DNA from: an uncultured Gammaproteobacteria bacterium
GTDB lineage: Bacteria; Patescibacteriota; Microgenomatia; Levybacterales; UBA12049
DNA: 64,000 bases
Reading direction: 5' to 3'
Assembly (NCBI GenBank): GCA_964521295.1
Contig: CAZFRF010000001.1
Location: forward strand, 140,675-204,674
In this document: positions 57,075 to 64,000 of the stretch, in pieces
Position numbering within the stretch: position 1 is the first letter of the stretch
How the letters are laid out: each line of letters starts with the position of its first letter
The notes under the pieces: generated by a model
Seen by the model: the letters and a program-made list of their open reading frames with translations, nothing else
Told to the model about the DNA's origin: nothing
The model's database searches: none
Position numbers and translations under genes: made by a program

Positions 57075-58898
57075 TTATCTTGAATTTCTTACTCTTTCAA
57101 GTTTTGTAAGATATTTTTTTCTAAGTCTTAAATTTTGGGGAGTTACTTCCAAAAGTTCATCATCTTCCAAAAAGTCTAAACATTGCTCAAGACTCATGAT
57201 AGTTGCTGGAGTTAAAGCGCCTAAGTTAACATCAGAGGTTGAGGCTCTCATATTAGTTTGTTTTTTCTCTTTGGTAACATTTATTTCAATATCGTCAAAT
57301 CTCGTATTTTCCCCTACAATCATTCCCTCATAAACCTTAGTTCCTGGTTCAATAAAAGTAATACCTCTTTCTTGAGCGTTGTTTAATCCGTAGTGAAGTG
57401 CATTTCCTGCCTCTGAAGCAATTAATACTCCATTTCTAAGTTTAGCAATAGGTGGAGTTAATGGTTCAAAATCTGCAAATTGAGAATTAATAACAGCAGT
57501 GCCTTTGGTTGAAGTAAGTAAAGTGCTTCTAATACCGAGTAAGTTTTTAGATGGTATTTTATACTCAAGTCTTGTATTGCCCTTACCGTCTGCCTGTAAG
57601 TTAGTCATTTGACCTTTTCTTGCTCCCATTTCGGAAGTAATTGCACCAACAAATTCATCAGTTACATCAATCGTTACATCTTCAAATGGTTCATAAACTT
57701 GTCCATCTACATTTTTAGTGATAACTTCGGGCTTACCAACTTGGAATTCGTAGCCCTCTCGTCTTAAGGTTTCAATTAAGATGGATAAATGTAGTTCTCC
57801 TCTACCTGAAAGAATGAATTTTTCACCAACTTGTTCCATTCTCAAGCTAATATTGGTTTCTAATTCTTTAACTAGTCTTTCATGAAGTTGTCTTGAGTTG
57901 GTAAATTTACCTTCTTTACCTGCAAACGGTGAGGTATTAGCAGAAAGCGTTATTTTAATAGTTGGCTCTTCAACTGTAATTCTTGGTAATGCTTCAGGGT
58001 TTTTGGCATCGCAAACTGTATCACCAATGTTGGCATTAGCAATTCCGGTTATGTCTACAACGTCTCCAGCAACTGCCTTTTCAACTTCAATCTTTTTTAG
58101 TCCATGAGAAACTCTAATGCTGTCTGCCTTACCAGTAGTTTTTGTATCATTTTCACCAAGTAGGATTAAAGGTTGGTTTTTAATTAAAGATCCTCTTCTA
58201 ATTCTGCCAATAATATGTTTGCCTTTGTGGGTATCAAAATCTAGGCTAGTTACAACCATTTGGAAATCTCCTTCTTCAACTTTTGGAGCTGGGACGAAGC
58301 TAATAATTTCATCTAAGATTGGTTCTAGAGTTTGAGCACTTATTACTTCATCAAGAATTTTAGATGCTTTTCCTTCTCTACCAATTGCATAAATAGTTGG
58401 AAAATCTAATTGATCAGTATGAGTTGCAAGCTCTAAGAAGAGATCATGAGTTTTATCAATTGTTTTACTTATGTCAGCAAGTGGTTTATCAATTTTATTA
58501 ATAACGACAATAATTTTAAGTCCAAGCTCTAAAGCTTTTTTAAGTACGAATTTAGTTTGTGGCATAGGGCCTTCTTGGGCATCAATAATCAGGAGAGCTC
58601 CATCTGCCATGTTAAGAGTTCTTTCGACTTCTCCAGAGAAATCAGCATGTCCTGGAGTATCGATAATATTGATCTTGTAAGATTTGTAATAAATAGCGGT
58701 ATTTTTGGCTAAAATAGTAATTCCTCTTTCTCTTTCTAAAGGATTACTATCTAATATAGTAGTTTGATTCATTTCAGCTTCGTTATCTCTAAAGGTATGA
58801 GATTGTTTAAGCATGAAATCAACTAGTGTAGTTTTGCCATGATCAACGTGAGCAATGACTGCAACATTTCTTATATTTTCTGATGTAAAGTTATCCAT
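57075..58898 (-). CDS. typA: Translational GTPase TypA/BipA
   Basis: AHVDHGKTT, ERGITILAK, DTPGHADF, NKID, GRGELHL. Confidence 0.97.
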   Translation of the reverse strand: MDNFTSENIRNVAVIAHVDHGKTTLVDFMLKQSHTFRDNEAEMNQTTILDSNPLERERGITILAKNTAIYYKSYKINIIDTPGHADFSGEVERTLNMADGALLIIDAQEGPMPQTKFVLKKALELGLKIIVVINKIDKPLADISKTIDKTHDLFLELATHTDQLDFPTIYAIGREGKASKILDEVISAQTLEPILDEIISFVPAPKVEEGDFQMVVTSLDFDTHKGKHIIGRIRRGSLIKNQPLILLGENDTKTTGKADSIRVSHGLKKIEVEKAVAGDVVDITGIANANIGDTVCDAKNPEALPRITVEEPTIKITLSANTSPFAGKEGKFTNSRQLHERLVKELETNISLRMEQVGEKFILSGRGELHLSILIETLRREGYEFQVGKPEVITKNVDGQVYEPFEDVTIDVTDEFVGAITSEMGARKGQMTNLQADGKGNTRLEYKIPSKNLLGIRSTLLTSTKGTAVINSQFADFEPLTPPIAKLRNGVLIASEAGNALHYGLNNAQERGITFIEPGTKVYEGMIVGENTRFDDIEINVTKEKKQTNMRASTSDVNLGALTPATIMSLEQCLDFLEDDELLEVTPQNLRLRKKYLTKLERVRNSR

Positions 58899-58989
58899 AA
58901 TAAAAGCAGCTTTCGCTGCCCACTCATTATACCACACTTTAGGCCTGTATATAGAAAATGAAAGGTTGAGGTGATATACTTACAAACTG

Positions 58990-59916
58990 ATGGCACGCAA
59001 AAAACAAACTAAGAAAAAATCAAAAGTATTTATTTCAACTAAAACAACGTTGTTTATACTCATTGCTGTAGCGTTTGGTATTTACTATTTTTATTCTGCA
59101 CTTAATCTAAATTCAATTAATCATTTTAAACCAGCTAAATATTCCCCTGAATTTATTGCTAAAAAAGATGTTAAAGCTGCTGATAAAATCTATAATGTGT
59201 CTCCTACACCAACACCAAAAGAAACACCTACAAGTGTTCCCTTGGCTGGATTTTGTTTGCACGTTCCGGTTTTAATGTATCATCATATTCAGCCTTATGA
59301 AGTAGCCAAAACCTTAGGTCAAACTGCTTTAACAGTTGATAGTGCAATTTTTGATACTCAAATGCAGTATTTAGCGCAAAATGGCTACACCACTCTTTTT
59401 GCTAATGAATTTGCCAATGCATTAATAAATAAACAACAATTACCTGCAAAATCAGTAGTCATTACTATTGACGATGGCTATGAAGATAATTTTATTTATG
59501 CCTTACCTGTATTAAGAAAATATGGAATTAAAGCAAATATAATGCTTGCAAGTGGACTGATGGGAAATTCAAATATGCTTTCCTGGAATCAGGTTAGAGA
59601 CTTAAGAGCTAGTGGTTTAATACATTTCTCAAATCATACCTGGTCGCATCATCCCATGAACCAAGGAAGCAATGAGAAGTTGGAGTATGAAATAGTTACA
59701 GCTCAAAAAGAAATCGAAGAAAATACGGGTCAAAAAGTAGATACTTTTACTTATCCTTATGGAGCCTTAAGCGATAGGGCTTCAGCAATTTTGCAAAAAT
59801 TAGGTTATACAGTTGGTTTTTCAGAAATTCCTGGACAAGATCAGTGTGATAGTTTTATGATGACTATTCACAGAACTAGGGTTGGGAATTCCACCTTGGC
59901 AGCCTACGGCCTGTAG
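58990..59916 (+). CDS. Polysaccharide deacetylase (CE4)
   Basis: VLMYHH, TIDDG, HTWSH, YPYG. Confidence 0.9.
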   Translation: MARKKQTKKKSKVFISTKTTLFILIAVAFGIYYFYSALNLNSINHFKPAKYSPEFIAKKDVKAADKIYNVSPTPTPKETPTSVPLAGFCLHVPVLMYHHIQPYEVAKTLGQTALTVDSAIFDTQMQYLAQNGYTTLFANEFANALINKQQLPAKSVVITIDDGYEDNFIYALPVLRKYGIKANIMLASGLMGNSNMLSWNQVRDLRASGLIHFSNHTWSHHPMNQGSNEKLEYEIVTAQKEIEENTGQKVDTFTYPYGALSDRASAILQKLGYTVGFSEIPGQDQCDSFMMTIHRTRVGNSTLAAYGL

Positions 59917-60718
59917 CTGATTTTTTACCTAAGTGTTTTATCTCTCTATTTGCTAGATCTAAATATCTAGGAAAAGATTTTGCAATTTTTGCTTCTAAGT
60001 TAAAGCATGCTCCATTTTCTTCTGGGTGAACTGAATATTGAATTGTTGTATCTGGGCCAATCTCTGGCGCCAATCCTAATAATGATTTGGTTGATGCTAG
60101 CCAATGATGTACGTTTGAAAAGTTAACATAAGTTAGGCCTTGTTCTGTTTGTCTTAATACTCTTGCTAGCTCAAGATGAAAAGAACCAGATGTAATACTC
60201 CGGTTAGCATAAGCAATTGTTGTATCAGTTAGGGCGTCTTGAACTCTAGGAAAAACTTCTGAATTTGACCAGTGAGTATCTCCAAAATAACGTTTTTCTG
60301 CATCTAACTTATTTGCAACAACGGTATGTAGTGTCGGGACCTTTTCTTTATCGCTATCTTCTTCAACTTCATGTAGGCCTTGAGGTAAGTCATGAATTAT
60401 CATTTCTCTGGCGTGCTCAGGAGTTTGGGCTGTTGCAATACAATCAATAACAAATTGACTAAATCCTAGTACTGCCGGATTTATATCGACAAAAATAAGA
60501 CCATCTAAATTTAATTTAGGCAGTAAAGAGATAGCTCCTCCTGAACCGACTGTTAGACCGACTCCACCTAGTCTTTTTTCTCTTCGTTTTTCTAGTTTAC
60601 TTAGAAACTTAGGCGTAATTACATCGTTACAGGTTATGTGTCTTAATAAATCGCCTTTTGCAGTTGGGACATCGTTGTCAAATTTAAAATATGGTCGTAA
60701 TTCTGATTTTATTGGCAT
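59876..60718 (-). CDS. Hypothetical protein, possible Rossmann/SAM-binding fold
   Basis: LTVGSGG...FVDINP. Confidence 0.55.
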   Translation of the reverse strand: MPIKSELRPYFKFDNDVPTAKGDLLRHITCNDVITPKFLSKLEKRREKRLGGVGLTVGSGGAISLLPKLNLDGLIFVDINPAVLGFSQFVIDCIATAQTPEHAREMIIHDLPQGLHEVEEDSDKEKVPTLHTVVANKLDAEKRYFGDTHWSNSEVFPRVQDALTDTTIAYANRSITSGSFHLELARVLRQTEQGLTYVNFSNVHHWLASTKSLLGLAPEIGPDTTIQYSVHPEENGACFNLEAKIAKSFPRYLDLANREIKHLGKKSATGRRLPRWNSQP

Positions 60719-60763
60719 AATCGTCCATTCTACTACAGCTACAAATATAAAGCAACTATAGGG

Positions 60764-61336
60764 TTACTCTATGGTTCTAGTAAATGTTGCATCTATAAAA
60801 GGTTCGGTAGTAGGATCCATGTCAATTCTTACATCGTTTACATTACTAAACCCATGTCGTGAGAAGGTACGCCAAGACCAAGTTGCTTGAGCTGCTTGTA
60901 TCTTATCTCCAGTTTCTTCAAAAGAGCTCATAAAAGCTTGATATCCAATACTTCTTTTTCCCCATTCGCTAACAATAGCATCAATATCTCTAAATCTAGT
61001 TAAATGAGCTAACGCTACTCCAACAAATTTTCCTGCAAAAAAATCAGGATGAACTGGGGCTTGAATACCACAAGGTTTAGGTTTTATGCGAGTAAATAAG
61101 GAAAATCGTAGTTTACCATGTCTATCAACAAACGCTTCTAAAGCGTATCTATCATTAGCCTTATCTGCATCTCTTACGTTTAAGTAATTTTGACCAATTC
61201 TTATATCTAGTGGTCTTCCAGACGCACTGAGTATTCGTCTGGTATCTATAAGTGGACTATTGGGAACACTGGTTAAGATTGGAGCAAAATCAATTCCTGC
61301 TCCAACTTTAGGATAGTCTATTTCTAAGGTTTTCAT
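60764..61336 (-). CDS. Hypothetical protein
   Basis: ATG 61336 behind TTGACA-17-TATAAT. Confidence 0.7.
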   Translation of the reverse strand: MKTLEIDYPKVGAGIDFAPILTSVPNSPLIDTRRILSASGRPLDIRIGQNYLNVRDADKANDRYALEAFVDRHGKLRFSLFTRIKPKPCGIQAPVHPDFFAGKFVGVALAHLTRFRDIDAIVSEWGKRSIGYQAFMSSFEETGDKIQAAQATWSWRTFSRHGFSNVNDVRIDMDPTTEPFIDATFTRTIE

Positions 61337-61517
61337 TAGTAAAACATTATAGCTAAGTAGCCTCAATTTGTCAACTATAGGATATAAATATTGACCTAGT
61401 CTGTTGTATTTTGTTCTATTGATTTTCGTATAAAATTCGATTAAATTAATATCATATGCTGCCCTTTCGATTAATTATTAAAATCTTTAAAATGTATGCT
61501 TTCTGGTTTTTACTCTA

Positions 61518-62768
61518 ATGCCTAAAACCATCCTACATATTGATTTCGATTCATATTTCGCCTCTTGCGAGCAACAATTTAATCCTAGCCTACGCGGTAA
61601 GCCAATTGGAGTTACTGCAACTAATGGTAGACATTGTATTATTGCAGCTAGCCGTGAGGCTAAAAAACTAGGTATTAAATCCCCTTCTGCTACTTGGGAA
61701 GCTACAAATATTGTTCCTAGTATAATTTTTGTTCCGGGTCAATTCAAAAAGTATTGGGAGATAACTCAGAAATTTATTAATATTTGTAAGGATTATTCTC
61801 CATATGTAGAAATATTTTCACTCGATGAAGTATTTATGGATATTAGCAGTACGCAGTATTTATATAAAGATAAATATGAAATTATAAAAATCATTAAAGA
61901 GAGAATTAAAAATGAAATCGGAGAATACATAACTGTATCAGTTGGTATGTCATCGAATAAGCTACTCGCCAAACTTGGCTCAGGTTTGAATAAGCCTAAC
62001 GGATTTTGCGAGATAACGAAAGAAAACCTAGATGAAATATATAAAAAATGTAAATTAACTGATATTTGTGGAATTGGTGAACGAATTGCCCTAAGACTTA
62101 ACAAGTTGGGAGTTTATAGTCTTTTAGACTTGAGGCAAATTCCTTTTTATAGATTAAAATTAGAATTTGGGAGCGTGGAAGCAAGATTTTTGCAAAATGT
62201 TGGTTTTGGAGTCGATGATTCTTTGGTCATCCCCTACTATCTTGCACCAGAAACAAAATCTGTTGGGCGTAATTATTGCCTTCCTCATAATGAATATGAT
62301 TTTAGGATAGTTTTGCAAAATGTGTATGAATTATCAGAAGAAATAGCTTTAAAACTAAGGCGATTGAGAAAATTAGGTAAAACTGTTTTTTTCTATTTAG
62401 GTGGTAGTAAGTCTGTTCATGGCAGTAAAACCGTAAATGAATTTGAAAGCGGAAAAGATATTTTTACAGCCTGTTTAGCAATATTAGAAGATAATGGATT
62501 TGAATTTATGCAAAACGATTACATTAGAAGAATTAGTATTGGAGCATCTAATTTATCTGATGGACATTTTTTAAATCTAAATTTATTTGAAAATTTGGAC
62601 AAGAAGCATCAGGTATTACAAATAGTTGATAAAATAAATGCTAAATTTGGAGACTATACAATTAGAAATGGTTTCTTGTTGTATGCTGATAAATTAAAAA
62701 CTGTTCCGAATGGGTTTATGGCAGATAGATTTGAAAGAGTTAAGTTAGCTCAAGATACTACATTTTAA
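61518..62768 (+). CDS. dinB: DNA polymerase IV (Y family)
   Basis: HIDFDSYFASCEQ, AASREAK, SLDEVF, ICGIG. Confidence 0.92.
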   Translation: MPKTILHIDFDSYFASCEQQFNPSLRGKPIGVTATNGRHCIIAASREAKKLGIKSPSATWEATNIVPSIIFVPGQFKKYWEITQKFINICKDYSPYVEIFSLDEVFMDISSTQYLYKDKYEIIKIIKERIKNEIGEYITVSVGMSSNKLLAKLGSGLNKPNGFCEITKENLDEIYKKCKLTDICGIGERIALRLNKLGVYSLLDLRQIPFYRLKLEFGSVEARFLQNVGFGVDDSLVIPYYLAPETKSVGRNYCLPHNEYDFRIVLQNVYELSEEIALKLRRLRKLGKTVFFYLGGSKSVHGSKTVNEFESGKDIFTACLAILEDNGFEFMQNDYIRRISIGASNLSDGHFLNLNLFENLDKKHQVLQIVDKINAKFGDYTIRNGFLLYADKLKTVPNGFMADRFERVKLAQDTTF

Positions 62769-64000
62769 TGTTTAATACCACGTGGGGTTTTTTAAAGGCT
62801 GCAAAGTCTTTAGTTTCATAAATTAACTCATAATTTTTATCTAATTTATATTTCTCAACCATATCTTTTTGCTCTTGAATACTTTGTTGTGAGAATCCAT
62901 GATCTATTAAGAAAACAACAACATCCGCACGGTCTAGGCCTAAAGGAATGTTATAAATATTTTGTCTTCTGGATAAGTGTGAGCCTAAATTGTTCGTTGC
63001 AGCGATGCTGTATTTTTTAGGAATACTCGTTAAGAATCTAGATATTTCTGAAGCATTGCTCATTTGCTTGGCGAACATATCAGTATTAGGTTTTTTTGAT
63101 CCTGGTAAAGGTCCAGTGATATATGCTGACCAAAGTGTAGTTATTAATAAATAGAGCATGATATGTTCTAACTTAATAAACTTAAATTTTTGCAAGATCA
63201 GTTTGGCTCCGAAGATAGCAGATACAAAGATAAAAGGAGTAATCGCTGCTGTATATTGATAATAGATTTGATGTAGTTGTGCATTGTTACTAAGTAGGTC
63301 GATCAATAGATCAGGCATAGCAAAAAGTAAAAATACAGGAGCAACAAAACTTAAGTATCCCACTGGCAAGAATATTTGATTTAGAAATATAAGGCGTGAT
63401 TTTTCAAAAATTGTTGAAAAAAGTTTGACTGGATTAAGGAGAATATTTTTTACAATTTCTCCAGTTGAGTTTCCAAAATCTGCATAATAATTAAGAGCAA
63501 AGTGGTCAGACCCTTTAACTGTTGGTATGATTTTAGAGATTAAAAGATAAGTCGTAATTCCACCAATATAAAAAATTATTAAACCTAATGAAAAATCTTT
63601 CCAGATAATTTTACGTTTATTTTCAAAATATGATCTAACAGCGATAAATAGACCAAAAACTCCAATTACTGCCCATAATTCTTCCTTACAAAGTCCAGCT
63701 AGTATTCCGAAGATAATAAATAAATAATATTTCTTTTTTAAGTAATAATAAAAAGTTCCTAATAAAAAAGTTGTTGCTAAAGTTACAGCATGAAAATCAT
63801 ACAGATTAGTGTACTGTATAGCAGGTGTAAGTAAGAAAGAAGATGCGAAAATAAGAGATATATTTTTATGTTTTAATACTTCTTTTGAAATTAAATATAC
63901 AAAAAAAGCACCAAATCCTAAAACAATCGTTTGTAGTAAAAGAAGCATTTTAGGAGTTGACCAGATTAAGTAAAGAGGAGAAATTAAAATTAAAATAAAA
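62758..64000 (-). CDS. DUF2079-like GT-C membrane protein, 5' end outside window
   Basis: LLLLQT, YDFH, KEE, YYQY; frame continues to window edge. Confidence 0.72.
   Translation of the reverse strand, partial: FILILISPLYLIWSTPKMLLLLQTIVLGFGAFFVYLISKEVLKHKNISLIFASSFLLTPAIQYTNLYDFHAVTLATTFLLGTFYYYLKKKYYLFIIFGILAGLCKEELWAVIGVFGLFIAVRSYFENKRKIIWKDFSLGLIIFYIGGITTYLLISKIIPTVKGSDHFALNYYADFGNSTGEIVKNILLNPVKLFSTIFEKSRLIFLNQIFLPVGYLSFVAPVFLLFAMPDLLIDLLSNNAQLHQIYYQYTAAITPFIFVSAIFGAKLILQKFKFIKLEHIMLYLLITTLWSAYITGPLPGSKKPNTDMFAKQMSNASEISRFLTSIPKKYSIAATNNLGSHLSRRQNIYNIPLGLDRADVVVFLIDHGFSQQSIQEQKDMVEKYKLDKNYELIYETKDFAAFKKPHVVLNIKM

Noticed and set aside
61410-61450. Possible LexA box upstream of dinB
   Set aside because: No convincing palindrome matching a LexA motif I can name.

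Overview
AT-rich chromosomal window (standard code 11) from a reduced-genome bacterium. Gene content (short ThrS, PheT without B2, trigger factor without PPIase, DUF5660/DUF5665-like proteins, many near-leaderless starts) points to Patescibacteria/CPR, probably Microgenomates (inference). It carries recG (partial), tyrS, a class A PBP, pheST, greA, thrS-infC-rpmI-rplT, tig, typA, rarA, dinB, znuABC, 13 tRNA genes, an FMN riboswitch, a CIRCE element, a Zur-like box and about 18 orphan or divergent genes. No transposase, integrase, prophage or CRISPR array was seen. The best candidate for an undescribed system is a family of five minus-strand leader-peptide attenuators. Each has a short uORF, a small TAA-loop hairpin, an antiterminator and a G/C stem plus U-tract terminator; four have their own promoter element. 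They precede an orphan gene upstream of pheST, two paralogous Pol-beta-type nucleotidyltransferases and, as a tandem pair, a circularly permuted ATP-grasp plus M20 peptidase operon. Other unexplained signals: all ten tRNA genes lacking CCA end in N73-C-A; a CCTATAG motif recurs at -35 boxes; a small membrane gene is interrupted at a U-UUU-UUA slippery site; tRNA-His has a non-canonical elbow. Protein family calls come from motif recognition by eye, not database searches.
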